From Cyanophora paradoxa CCMP329 (lineage: Eukaryota; Plantae; Glaucophyta), in the NCBI GenBank assembly GCA_004431415.1, contig QPMI01000453.1, forward strand, positions 598,330 through 662,329: a stretch of 64,000 nucleotides of DNA, written 5' to 3'. The translations under genes and the position numbers were made by a program. This document shows positions 11,924-24,190 of this stretch, one piece after another; positions within the stretch are counted from its first letter, which is position 1; the number at the start of each line of letters is the position of its first letter. The notes under the pieces are model-generated. The model did not search any database. It saw nothing but the letters and a program-made list of their open reading frames with translations, and was not told where the DNA came from.

Positions 11924-14900
11924 TTAATTGCCGCTTCGTCGAGTGTCGATGACCGGGGCCGGCAGCGCCGGGATCCGGAGAGCTAGAGGGTGGAGATAGA
12001 GGAGGCCGCGGCCGGCGCCGGATCCGGAGGGGAGGATCGAGTCCGATTTTAATTTCTGCCGCCGGCGCCTCGATCCTCTCCTCCCCCCCCCCACCCCCCA
12101 CCCCCCCCACCCCCCTCCCCCCCTCGAGGCCGCGGCGGTCGGCGCCGGAGGGGATCGAGGATGTCAAGCGCATCGGCCTGACGTCGACTCGCGATCGGTG
12201 ATCATGATTTTATATAATTAATTTGATTTTTGCCTCTATCTCGAGCTCCTCGATCCGAGTCCGAGTCTTTAATTCTGCAGCTGCAGCTTGCGGTTTGCTT
12301 CTCGCGCATGAATGCATGCCTCAGTGCATATGTATGCGCAGCTTGCGTCCGACGGTCTTCAAGGCTTGCAATATAATTGCAAGTCAGATGGACTCGCGAT
12401 CGAGCAAATTCATGATTTTGATCATGATCATCCGATCATCGGATCCATGGATCCGCATGCATGCACTGCGGCAGTACTAGTACTAGTTGTTCATGACTCG
12501 AGCAAATTCATGTGATCATCCATATGCATGGATACGCGCGGCATCACCTTCACCTTCCCCCCCCCCCCCCCCCCCCCCCCCCCTTCATTTTCCTTCCTCC
12601 CTCCTCCTCCCCGGGCCTCCCCTTCCTTCCCTCCGAGGCTCCCCCTCCCCCCGCGCCCCCCCCCCCCCCCCCCACCCCCCTCCCCCCCTCCCCTCCCCCC
12701 CCCCTCCCCGCCCCCCACCCCCCACCCCCGGCCCTCTTGCATTCCCGCGGGCCGGGGAGGCACTAGCCGCGGTCTGTCTCGACAGAAATAATTATATATA
12801 TAAGCCGATCGCGATCCGGTTTTCGATTTCAAAAGCGTATACATAGTTATGATCGATGTCGACGTCATAATCAAGCACAGGCGTCGACGCGAACGTCGGC
12901 GTTGAAGCCCTCGCCACCCTCGAGCATCTGCGATATATATAGAGCGCGCATGCGTAAGGAAGGTGCGCGCATGTTAACGTTCAGAGCGATCGAGACTCTG
13001 AGAGACTTTGAGAGAGCGCGCGCACTGCAGCCTCGGCCTCCATCTCTGCCTCGATCTCTGCAAAGTCCATCTCCGCTTCGGCCTCCACGTCTTCGGCGGC
13101 CACACCCTGCGAGGCAATCGCCATAACTATAAGTTTTGATGATTATAGTTGCGAATTCAAATCCACTGGCCAGACTCGAGGTCTATGTCACAGTGTACTC
13201 ATGATCATCGATATCACGGCCCGGCCGGGCGGTTAACGTTTCACCCACTGTGACCGCCCCGGCCCGCGCGCGCGCGCGTGCCTGCGTGGTAGTGTCGAGG
13301 AGCAGGTTCGTGCATGATTCACTCCCTAAGAACGTATGGAAGACGGACGCTCCCGAAGGAACTCCCGAGGATTTGAGGCAGTTGGCTGCAGCCTCACTCT
13401 TGGAAGCGCCGGAAAGAGATCTGAGAACATCGCCCTTACAGTCCCGCGAGGCATAGCAGACGGAATCTGTTGCAAATGCGGACGAAATCACGCTCTCTAA
13501 GAAGCAGGACGACGACGACACGCACTGCCCATGATGTTGATCGATGCAACGACGTTGACGCGTACGGCTGATATCGATATCTGAGGAAATGCACGCTGTT
13601 AACGTTGTTGATGATGCGCATACGCGCCTGACTTCATGATCGCCACACGTACGTACGAACCCGAAATTATAATTAAAGCTTAGAGTATACGTATTGTGCT
13701 CGACACTGCTCGTTTCGATTCAAGTTTAAATTTCGATCAGGGTCCGCCGAAGGACTTAGCGGCGAGTCAGCGCTACGCCGCTACCTACCGGCAGCGCCGA
13801 CTCCGCCGAGTCAGCGGCGACCGCGCCTGGCCATGTGGCCAGGCGCGCCAGCCTGCGCCAGGTCCTCCACTCGAGTCGATCGCTCCGGAGTCCGGACTAC
13901 AACGAGTCTACAATGACTCTACATAACTGCATTTGCCTCTTTCTCAGCCTTTTTTAATCATTGAACTTCCGAAAGTTCGGAATTTGCCTCTCAGCCTTTT
14001 TCTAAGTGCCTCTTTGGAGGCTCTTTCGCAGCCTTTTGATTTTTTTGCCTCTTTCTCAGCCTTTCAAGTTTTTTGCCTCCTGCAGAACTTCGGGAAAACA
14101 GGAAGCCTACTAGGCGAGCCCGTGGAGGCTGTGGAGCTATAGGCTATAGCCCATAGCCTAGTAGGCTACTATATACAGCTACTACTAGTACTAGTCTACT
14201 AGTAGAGTACTACTACTACCTAGCTACATGCATATGAGAGAAAGTCACTAGTACTGGGCCGGGCTCTAGATCTCCGGGATCCATCTCCCCCGGCCGCCTC
14301 GCCGCGGCCCGGCCCCGGGCCGCCGGGCACCCGCGCGCTGCTCTAGATTTAGATCTTGTAATGTGGGCGGAGGCGGGGGATGAGGAGGCCTAGCTATATA
14401 TATAGGGCGCCGATCGCGTCGGGTGCGGCGGCGCCGGGCCCGGGCCGCGCTGATCATATGCATGATCATGATCATGAGGGCACGCGCGCCTGCTGCCTCT
14501 AGGCCTTAGCGGGGCGCCGTTCCCCATGGCCACGCCACCCCATGCACAAATGCTTTCTCGAATTCGAAGGTGCGGCCTGGCCGAGCCGCTGGGAACAGCG
14601 GCGCCGGCGCGCGGGGAGGGGGCCGGACCTATCCCGGGCCCCCCGGTCCAGCCCCCCTCCCCGCGGCCCCCCAGGGGGGAGAGAACCGTCAGGGGGGGAA
14701 CGGGAGGAGGGTACAGGGCGCGTGCCTGGCCGACGGAGGCGAAGCGGTAGAGGTCCCGCGGGGGTCCGAGGCCCGCGGGTCCCACGTGAGGGGGGGGGAA
14801 GGGGTGGGTGTTAAGAGCCTCGGACATCTCTCGACTTGACACAGATGGACACCTCAGTTATATCTCTATAGCTAGCCATTCGTCTCGGTGTGTGCGAATT

Positions 14901-16005
14901 CAGTAAATTAAACTAGTTAAGAGCCTCGGAGGGGGCGGGGGAGGGGGGGGGGGAACGAGGCCTGGGGGGGGGGGGGGGGACGAGGCCTGAGGGCGAGAGT
15001 GTGCTTCTCCGTCAACCAGATACTGCACATGTCGCCGAGTCGTCGTCCGACGGTCCCCGCCCGTCTGCGAAGGCCCGGAGCTCGAGGCATTGCAGGGAGG
15101 AGAGGATGGGGCCGGGGGGTGGGGGGGTGGGGGGGGGTGGGGGGGGGGGGGGGGGGGGGGGGGTGGGGGGGGGTGGGGGGGGGGGGGGAGGGGGGGGGGG
15201 GGGGGGGGCAACAGGATGAACTCGGCGTCGTGGCTCCACGCGAATACCTCAAGCTCCGCATGCGCATGCGCAGCCAGTGGCGGGCTCTCGGTCGGCTGCT
15301 AGCTATATATATATAGCTATAGCGCTGCGAGAAGCGCCCGGCCGCCGGATCGGCTTCTCCAAAAGCATATCGCTGCCTCGCCGCATGTCGATGGCCGCCG
15401 GACTCAGGACCGGCCGCGGCGGGAGAGGGCCGAGAAGGGCAGCTCGAGGGAGCCTCGGATCGGAGCAGGGTCGAAGAAGGGTGGGGGCAGGGTCGAAGAG
15501 GGGATCCGGATCCGGATGCATAACGTTTCGGAGCAGGGATGGCCTATGGATCGAAAGCGGATCCAGAATGAGGGGGGAAAATCGAATTTAATGCATGAGC
15601 CGATCGGATTCGGACCGAGGATTGGATCGGGGGGCCAGCCTGCCACCGGCCCGCGCTAGCTGGCGTCCCACAGCCCCAGTCCGACGGTCATCTACGAGGA
15701 AAGCCCGCGCAGGCGCGCCGCTCCCTTCGGAATACGGAAATTACTGACGATTATTACCTTACAGTACAGGTGAGAGAAGGCAAGGAAGGAGGCGAGGGGC
15801 CGAGGGGGCGAGGGGCGAGGGCGAGGCGAGGGAGGGCGAGGGGCCCTCACGGGGGGCGGGGCGGGGGTCGGGCGGGAGCAAAAGACGGAGGGAGGGAATC
15901 GAGAGCTGAAGGATGGATGGAGAGGGTGGAAGGATGGATGGAGGAGAGGGGGCTGGATGGGTGGGGCGAGGGCGGGCCCCGGGCGGCGGCGGCCAGCCGG
16001 CCGGC

Positions 16006-16701
16006 TCACAGGCCGATGGGCAGAACGCCGTCCTTAGTCTTGTGCACTTTAGAGTGGTACACGCCCGTCTTCAGCGATCCCTCCTTGTACATCCCCGAGT
16101 GGACGAATTGCTGCGGCGCGCCGTCGCGTTAGGACGGGCGGGGCAAGACGCAGGCGGCATGCACGGCAACGCACAGTGGTGAACTTTCCGTTCAGCCCCA
16201 GCCGGACCTGCACCTGTTCCTTGTCCGGCATCCTAGCGCCGTAGACCTGCGCGGGTGCGGCGTCAGCTTGCGGCGGGCACGGGTCGGGGCGCCGCGTGCG
16301 GCGGACCTGATTGGATGTTTTGTAGATGGGATGAGCGCCCTTGTTGATCACCGGTTGTTCTACAAGAACGGAGTGAACGACAGGCTATAGCTAAAGCTTT
16401 GGAGTCCCAACGCACCAGGCTGGATGCCTTGCGAGGCCGCATATGCCGCCTGCTCCTGCTGCTGTTGTAGGACGTCCGGGATGATGTAATGCGGCACCCT
16501 AGGCAGCGCCGGATCAACGCCATATGTGCTGCGGTTCACAGACTGCTGCGGGGGCGTCGGAATCTGCGGTCGGCCAGTCAAGGGCCGCAGACAGCGCGGC
16601 GGGCGGTCGGCGGGCCAGGCGGCCACTATAGTCGAGCTACAGGCGAGTTTGTTGCGCGGAACCGCCGCAGGACTCACGTTCTTGGCATACTTCGACTCCA
16701 T
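16006..16701 (-). CDS. PIERCE1/2 (C9orf116/DUF4490)-like axonemal microtubule inner protein, multi-exon
   Basis: Spliced product HPIYKTSNQ|VYGARMPDKEQVQVRLGLNGKFTT|QFVHSGMYKEGSLKTGVYHSKVH matches the family pattern YRTSNxxYG...KFS...GMxxxxxLxT. Confidence 0.7.
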
Positions 16702-16872
16702 GCCTGCACGCTTTGCGCTGTATCGCGGCTAGGTAGCTCTGACTAAACTCGCTATACCGCTCGGTCCGCTGGTGAGTGGGTGCGACGGCGGTGGAGGGGT
16801 GCGGCCTTGCTATTTTGCTTCCTTGCTGGGTACAGGGTGACGAGGTCTTGGGTACACACTGACCAACGAAAG

Positions 16873-17852
16873 ATGGCGCTCTTCGCTTCGACCGCCCTGC
16901 CCCTCACCGCCGCCTCGGCCGTCGTCGTGACCGGCACTGCCGCGACCTGCCCGGCTCGCCGCCCTCGTAGCATCCGGGCGTCGTCTTTCGTGCCGTCCTT
17001 AGTCCCGGCATCGGCCTTCGCCGTGCGCGCCCAGCCTGCTCCGGTCTTCGAACTCGTCTGCAAGAAAGGCTTTGGGGAGGTGAAGCGTCCGGCGACGCCC
17101 TCGTCCAAGGTGCGCGCGCGACTTTGCACGTGCAGCGTGCTGCGGGCCACGCCGCGGCCCAGCGCCCCATTTAGCCTCTCGGCGATGCCAGAGCATCATT
17201 AGAGCTCAGCTGGAGCTTACCAGCGCCCGCTGCAGCCGGCCTCGCCGCTTTCGCTAACATCATTCGCCGCAGGAGGACCCCGAGTTCAAGAAGCAGGCGG
17301 AGACCTACGACGAGAAGCGGAAGGAGGGCTTCCCGGAGTTCAACGTGTACATCCGCCGCAAGGGCGACAACCCGCCGAACTGGTGCGGTCTCCCCGACGT
17401 AGGCAACGCCGGGCCGCTGCCGCTGACGCGCAGGGCGCAGGTACCCGGTTGGCTCTATGTGCGTGCAGGAGGTGCTCGCGGCGAAGGCCGTCTACGAGAA
17501 CGAGGAGGGCCTCGTCAAGTCGGCCGTCAAGATGTACCCGAAGTGAGCGGCGCCGTTTCCGCGGCCGGCCGGCGGCCCGGCGGCGGCGAGCTCACGCGCC
17601 CCGGGGTGCAGGTACAAGGACGTGCCGATGGAGGAGTTCGAGTACGGGTACCAGCTCAAGGGCAACAAGGACTACCCGATCGACGTCGCCGAGAAGCCCG
17701 AGCCGAAGGCCCCGGGCGTCTTTGACGCGCTGAAGAGCACCCTCAGGTTCCTTCTTGCTTCGAATTCCCTGACTTCTGCTCTTTCTTTCTGTTAATCTTC
17801 TCTTTTGCTTTCTTTTCGCAGCGGCATCTTTAAGAAGGACGAGTCTGCGTAG
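16873..17852 (+). CDS. HHL1-like plastid (photosystem II repair) protein with N-terminal transit peptide, multi-exon
   Basis: Ala/Ser/Thr-rich leader MALFASTALPLTAASAVV..., then KKGFG...FPEFNVYIRRKGDNPPNW|YPVGSM...AVYENEEGLVKSAVKMYPK...FEYGYQLKG, typical of cyanobacterial/plant HHL1-like proteins. Confidence 0.7.
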
Positions 17853-18167
17853 AGTCCCATCCCAGCCCAGCTTAACGTTGGCCGGGACGGCCGCTTTCAA
17901 GCCTCGCTTTCTTCTTGTTCCCTTTCCTGCTATGCTGTTTTGATTCGAGTAGCTAGGAATGCAGAGGGTAGCGCGCTTATACTTGCAATTGAGTTTTGAT
18001 CATGACTCCAATCCGCTCCCTGGGCCCGGGGTGGCCATGGGGGAGAGCGGCCGGGACTCGGGACTCGAGCGGGGCGGAGGAAGGGAGGGACGGAATTCGA
18101 AACAAGAGAGAGACAGCGCACTTTAAGCCGGCGCCGGCGCCGGCCGGACTCCGGGCCCCGGGAAGCT

Positions 18168-19796
18168 CTAGGAGAGGAAGAAGCGCGTGTTGGCGAAGTC
18201 CTCCAGGAGCGGGTTGTAGAAGGTGCGCGTCCGCGTCCGGCCGGGCTCCCCGTGGAGCCGCATGAACTCGGCCGTCTTGCCCACGCGCACCGCCTCGCGG
18301 GGCCGCCCCGTCACCTTCCGGTACACGTGCGCGAGCCGCGGGAAGTCAACCTTGCTCGCTCAGCGAGTCAGCGAAATGCATGCAGGCTTCGTGTGGAGGA
18401 AAGGGAGGGAGAGAGGCCGCACGGGGAAGAAGATGTCGGCTCGGCCCTTCTCCACGAGGTACGTCTCGTGGGCGATGCTGCGCGGATGGAGCCGAGCTCG
18501 AGTCAGTGAGCGAACGAAGTGGAAGGGGGGCGCGCGCGCGCGCGCGCCTGCGGCCTTCGCGGGTCTCCTGGACGACCGGGGCGTTGCGGCCGCCCAGCTC
18601 GGGCGAGCGGAGCGCGTCCTCGAAGCCGCCGTCGAAGTCCGCGGCGATGAGGTGGTGGCCCGGGAGCTTCTCGGCGAGGACCTCGCACAGGAGCGTCGCG
18701 CCGGTCGCGAGCCACTCCCGCCGCGGCGGGAGCGGCTCCGGCCGCCTCACGGGCGGCATGACGGAGAGAAGCGCGGCCCGCACGCGCTCGCCGAGGGGCG
18801 GGGAGGGCGGCGTAGGGGGCGGCTGCCCCGGGTCGGGCAGCGGGGCGAGCGGGGCGTAGGGCGGCGGGGCGTCCGGTTCCAAGGGGAAGTCTGCGAGGTA
18901 CCCCAGGTGCCGCTGCGGCCGAAAGCGCGAAGCTTAAACAGGCAGGGTACTGTGGCTTTCTAGTAAGCCTTCCTTAAAAGGGCGCACGAGGAGCAAGGGG
19001 TCGGCGGCGGGGCTCAGGACCTCCTTGAAGCAGCCCGGGGCCTCCTCGGCGACCCGGGCCTCGTTCAGCACTACGCGGGGAGCTTGTCCGTCCCTCTTCA
19101 CGACCGAGCGCACGACGACTGCGGCGGGGGAGGGTGAGCGAGCGAGGGGCTAGCCGGGCAGAGCCGGCGGGGCGGGGCGGGGCGCGCCGTCGTGGGGCAG
19201 GTTGTCGAGGAGCTCGTTGGCGATCACGGGCGGGGCGCGCCGTCGTGGGGCAGGTTGTCGAGGAGCACGTCCCGTTGCCGCCGCCCACCTCGTAGATCTC
19301 AAGCGGCCCGTCGTGGCCCTCCGCCGCCCGCCTCCGCACGATGTAGCGCCCGATCGCCCGCGACCACCACGGCTGCGGGGCCCCGCGGTTGCTGCCGGGG
19401 ACGCGGGGGCGCGGGGCAGGGCGGGCGCGGACCTGGAAGAGCTCGACCGGCGTGTGCCAGCTCTTGCCCTCGCGCGCGTAGATCTCTGCCACGAGCCGCC
19501 GGTAGTCGCTCTCGCCGAACAGCTAGCAAGGACATAAGCACGCCACGAAGCAGCGGAGGCGGCGCTGGCGCTGCAGCTGGACAGCGGACCTTCGTGAACT
19601 CGATCGGCGTCGGCGAGGCTATACTCGCGTTCCGAACGAAGTAGCCATGGTCCGCGTGGTAGAGCGAGTCCGCGATGAACTCGCGCACCAACACGGGACG
19701 CCGCGCCGCGGTGGACGCGAGGCGCGCGATGATCCGCCGCCCGAGCGCCGCGCCCGCCGGGCAGCGCGGCGCGGCCGCCGCCGCGAGGCGAAGCAT
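18168..19796 (-). CDS. NDUFAF7/MidA-family SAM-dependent methyltransferase (mitochondrial), multi-exon; central part appears missing in this sequence
   Basis: VLVREFIADSLYHADHGYF, WHTPVELFQPWW, LEIYEVGGGNGT, VIANELLDNLPHD, GRADIFFP|VDF and YNPLLEDFANTRFFLS*, after an Arg/Ala-rich presequence. Confidence 0.8.
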
Positions 19797-19891
19797 GAGC
19801 TCGCTCGAGGTGCTCGGACTCCGGCCCGGAAGAGCGCTGCTTCGCCGCAGCGGTTAGGGGGATACAGTCTCTTCACGAAGGTTCAGGAAGG

Positions 19892-21453
19892 ATGCGCGCC
19901 CTCGTCGCGGCTGCTGTCGCGCTGCTGGCCCTCGCGGCCGTGGCGTCTGCGTACGACACTCGCGGTGTCGTCTCGCTCGATCGCTACACATTCGACAAGT
20001 ACGCGCTTTCCTCCATTCCTTCGATGTCACTCGTGCGAACGCGCCCCGACTTCTCAGGATTGTGGACGGACATCGCCCTGTGCTGGTGAGCGCGCGCGGC
20101 GCGGTTACTAGAAGCAGCGGGCTGCGGTTTGCATGCGGGTCTCGCGAATGTCGGCTGCGAGGCGCGGTATAGCGACGGGATTAATAGTCCCTTTGAGGTA
20201 GCGCGTTCCGAATTCGTCCGACGGGGCCCGTCCCGCGCGCGGCGGCGGTTAGCATCCGGCCAACATGCCTACGTCAGCAACATCCGGCCGGGTCTCCTGG
20301 AGGCAGAACGGACCTCCTGCCGCTCCCGCGCGTTTGGTAGGGGTTTTTCGCTTGTTCTGATGCGGTTCGCGCGCAGGTGAAGTTCGACAAGAAGTGGAGC
20401 ACGAACGAGGTCGGCGACACTCGCCCCCACGCGTACGCGACCGGGCGGCGCTGACGCCGCCGCACGCGCAGGCGTACAAGGACGTCGCTGGGAAGGTCGC
20501 GAACAGCACCGGCAGCACCATCCTCGTGGCGGAGGTGGATGTCTCCGAGTACGGCGAGAAGGAGGGCACCGAGCTCGCCGAGCGCTTCGGCGTCAAGAAG
20601 GAGGACTTCGTGCGCGCTCCGCCGCCGCCGCCGCACGCGCACGCGCACGCCCCGCACGCCGCTGACCGCCCGCGCCCGCGCCCGCCCCGCCCCGTCCCTC
20701 ACAGCCTACCTACTTCCGTGCGCGGCGCCGCCCGCCCCCGCCCCCGCCCGCCCCGCCCCGCCCTGTCCCGCTGATCCGGCGCCGGGCCCGCGCAGTGTTC
20801 CTGAAGGCAGCGAACGAGGAGCCCGTCAAGTTTGCGGTGCGCGCGGGACGCGGCTGCCGCGGCTCAGAGTCCGGAGACTGACCTTCCCGCAGGGCGACAA
20901 GTCCAGCAGCGATGACATCCTGCGCTTCGTTCGCAAGCACGGCGTGTACGTCGGCCTCCCCGGCTGCTCCAAGGAGCTCGACGAGATCGCCGCCAAGTTC
21001 CTCGACGCCGACTCGGCCGCCCGGTCCGCGAACGAAGTCGAATCATGTACCCCCTACCCGCCCGACTCATCTGACTCGGGGGGTACAGGGATACGGTGCT
21101 CGCGGAGGCTCAGAAGCTGGTGGAGGCGGCGGGTGCCGACGCGGCGGACCCGAAGGAGGCGAAGAAGGCCAAGCAGTCCGCCGAGGTGCGCCTGGGCGGG
21201 GCGGCCGGGGCGGCCCGCTTCGAATTTGATCCGCGGAACTGATTTGATCCGCGCGCGGCCGCAGAACTACCTGAAGATCATGCAGAAGATCAAGGAGCAG
21301 GGGGAGGACTTCGTGACCAAGGAGGAGAAGCGGCTGGAGAAGCTGCTCGCCGACAAGAGCGTCGAGAAGGGCAAGAAGGAGAGCTTCCGCCGCAAGGCCA
21401 ACGCCGTCTACTCCTTCCTGGAGGCCATCAAGCGCAAGGCCACCGGCAAGTAG
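19892..21453 (+). CDS. ERp29-like (PDI-D) ER protein, multi-exon
   Basis: Signal peptide MRALVAAAVALLALAAVASA, then GVVSLDRYTFDK|IV...VL|VKFDK, ILVAEVDVSEYGEKEGTELAERF, GVYVGLPGCSKELDEIAAKF and YLKIMQKIKEQGEDFVTKEEKRLEKLL. Confidence 0.85.
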
Positions 21454-22006
21454 GCGGGCACGTGCACGGCCCTAGCTAGCTAGCTAGCTAGCCAGGGGCG
21501 CCGCCGGGCCGCTATCGCTCCGCGCCCCTTGACGGCTTTATTCTTTCTTTCAAAGTTTCAAAGGACCTCTCATGATCATGATCAAGCTTGCACCGCAAGC
21601 TTAAGCTGAAGTCGCCGCGCGCGCGCGTTGCTGAAGGGCGTTGGGAGCCCAGGGCTCGACAGGGCCCCCAACTCGCCGCCTAGGCCTAGCTATAGGCGGG
21701 CCTAGGGGGCCAACTACCCGCCAGTTGGGGGCCCGGGGCCTAGGCGCTCGTCGCCACTGGCGACGAGACGAACCAGGCCCGGCCGCGCCCCTTGTCCTTC
21801 TTTCTTTGATTCCAACAAGCTCAACTGTTAAATTAAAGGACGTTCTCGGGCCTCACTGGGGCGGCCTCGAGCTCGCCGGGGGCCAGGCCGAGGTCCGAGA
21901 GGCGGGGCCAGGGGCCAGGCCACGCCCCTTCTCCTCCTTTCTTTGATTTCAAAACCTCCTTTCTTTGATATCAAGAGCACTGAATCACTAGAGGGCCTCG
22001 CTCAAG

Positions 22007-23693
22007 CTAGAGGACGTCCTCGGGCCTGACCGGGGCGGCCTCGCCGGGGGCCAGGCCGAGTTCCGAGAGGCGGAGGCGCCCGACGGCCGTGCGGACGAGC
22101 CGCAGCGTCGGGAGGCCGACGTGCGCCGTCATGCGCCGCACCTGCCTGCGCAAACTAAGCCGAAAAGCCCGGGCCGGGTCTCGAGGAGAAGCTAGGGCGC
22201 GTGCGCCCGCCGCAGGCTAAGCGGAGCTGAGCTCGGAAGTAGCTAGCTTGGGCCCGGCCGGCCCGGCGGCTTCGGGCGCGCGCGGGGGGCCGGGCCGGGC
22301 CGCGGCGGAGGCCTAGGATAAGCTAGGGCGCGGGCTAAGCGGAGCTGAGCTTGGGTCGGCCCAAGTGACTTGGGGCGTGCGCGGGGGGGCTACGCTTCGC
22401 TAAGCCGAGGAGCCCGGGCCGGCTAGAGGCCCGGCGGCTCCGGACGCGCGGCGTGCGCCGCCCGCCGCAGGCTAAGACTAGAGAACTCGCGGCCGGCTTG
22501 GGGCTAAGACCGCAGGCTAGCTCGGGCGGGCTCGAGGATAAGGGGCCGGGGCGCACCGGCTCGAGGATAAGCTAGGGCGCGCCGGGGGGGAGGGGGGGGG
22601 AGGGGGGGAGGGGGGGGGCTAGTGCTTAAGGGGACGGGCACTGCCGGGCTGGAGGGGAGGGGGGGGGGAAGGGGGGGGGTGCGCACCGGTTCTTGCCCTC
22701 GGTCAGGGTCAGCTCCAGCCAGCTCGTCGGGATCGCTTTGCGGAAGCGCACGGGCGGCTCCCTGCGCCCTCGCGTGGTTCGCGGGGCGGGGCGCTAAGGG
22801 CCGGGCCGGGGCGGGCCGGGGCGGGGCGGGGCGGGGCGGGGCGGGGCGGGGCGGGCCTGGGCCAGAAGGAGGCCTCGACGGCGGGGTCGAGGAGGCGGGC
22901 GAGGCAGGGGCGGACTCGCCCCAGGCGGGCGCCCACCTCCCCGCCCGCCCGCAGCGCCGCCAGCCGCTCGTCGTCGTCGCCCTCCACCAGACCTTCCACC
23001 TGAGACAGGGGCGATCGGGGGCGCGGGGCGGGGCGCGCGGGCGGGGCGGGCGGAGGCTCGACGCGCGCGCCTGGACGGTGTAGGTTCGCGGGTGGCCGCG
23101 GCGCGGGTCGAGGTACCGATCGATGAAGGCGCGGTCGTCGGACAGGAGCAGAAGCCCCTCTGAGTCGCTGCGCGGACCGGGCGGCCGGGCGCGCGCGTCA
23201 GAGAGCGCGGCGCAGGCATGGTTCGCTGCATAGAGCGCGCGCGCGCGCGCCTGTCCAGGCGCCCGACTGGGTAGACTCCGGGCGGCAGATCGAAGTCGGA
23301 GAGCGTGCGCATCCGCTCGTTCGTCGCGTTCGACGGCGTCGTGAACTGCGAGACCACGTCGTAGGGCTTGCAGAAGGCGATGAGGAGGCCGCGCCCCGCG
23401 GGGGCCGGCCGCGGCGTCCGCGCTGGCGCCCTTGAGCGCGCGAAGGGGCGCGAAGCTGCGCTGGGATCGCGCCGAGACCTCGCCACGCCCTCGCCGCGGC
23501 CCGCCGGCCCCTCGGCCGGCCGATCTCTCCTGCGCCGGGGCGGCGCCGGGCTGCGCTCCTCCGCCGCGAGCACCGGCTCGATGTGCAGCGGTCGCGCGAA
23601 GGTCAACGGCGCCGGCAATCGCCCGTACGAGCCCAGGAGCGGCGGAGACCAGCTGCGCCCGAGCCGGAGCGCGCAGGCAACCCAGGCCGGCAT
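22007..23693 (-). CDS. RsuA/RluE-family pseudouridine synthase, multi-exon (start uncertain)
   Basis: [21 protein letters not shown]|[11 protein letters not shown] (catalytic GRLD), RTYTVQ|[29 protein letters not shown]|[18 protein letters not shown]. Confidence 0.9.
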
Positions 23694-23899
23694 GGAAAGT
23701 CCTCGCTTCACTCGCGTGCAGCGCGAGCTCGTGGAGACCGCCCAGGATGCGCCACACCGGGCCAGATCGTCCAAGAATCCGCCGGCGCCTCGCAAGGCCA
23801 CCGAGCGAGGCCGTTCAAGAACTCCCGGCCACGCGGAGGATGAGCGCTAGCGCTAATATAATCGATATCGTGAAGGTGTACGCGAGCGCGATCGGTTCC

Positions 23900-24190
23900 G
23901 CTCCGCGAGCGCTAAAGAGGCTGTATCCCCCCTCGAATAACCGCTGCGGCGAAGAAGCGCACTTCCCGCGCGCCTCGAGCTCGCGTCGCGAATTAAGCAT
24001 GAAGCATGATATCATCCTAGGCCTGCCGGTGCTCGGGCGGCGGATTATCGCGCGCCTCGAGCTCGCGTTCGATCGATGTAGACGTAGACGAGAACGCGAT
24101 ATATATATCGATGCAATTGCACGCGCGCGGCGCCCGCGGGCCGTGCTCGTGCGCATGTGCGAGTTCACCGCGGCTACTTCGTTCGGATCC
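23900..24190 (+). pseudogene. Degraded inverted copy of the 5' region and first exon of the NDUFAF7-like gene (19630-19880)
   Basis: Translates KRLYPP..NRCGE.A.F...LGRRIIARL...ARRP..VLVR..EF. This matches the minus strand of 19619-19876 (KRLYPPNRCGEAALF) and the gene start (LGRRIIARLASTAARRPVLVREF), with interrupting insertions. Confidence 0.7.

Noticed and set aside
13183-13621. Possible small Cys-containing spliced gene
   Set aside because: Some splice-like signals, but no recognisable family or confident exon chain.
12550-15210. Poly-C/poly-G tracts (also 25120-25630) as proline/glycine-rich genes or G-quadruplex elements
   Set aside because: Low-complexity runs whose lengths are unreliable in long reads; there is no supporting gene structure.
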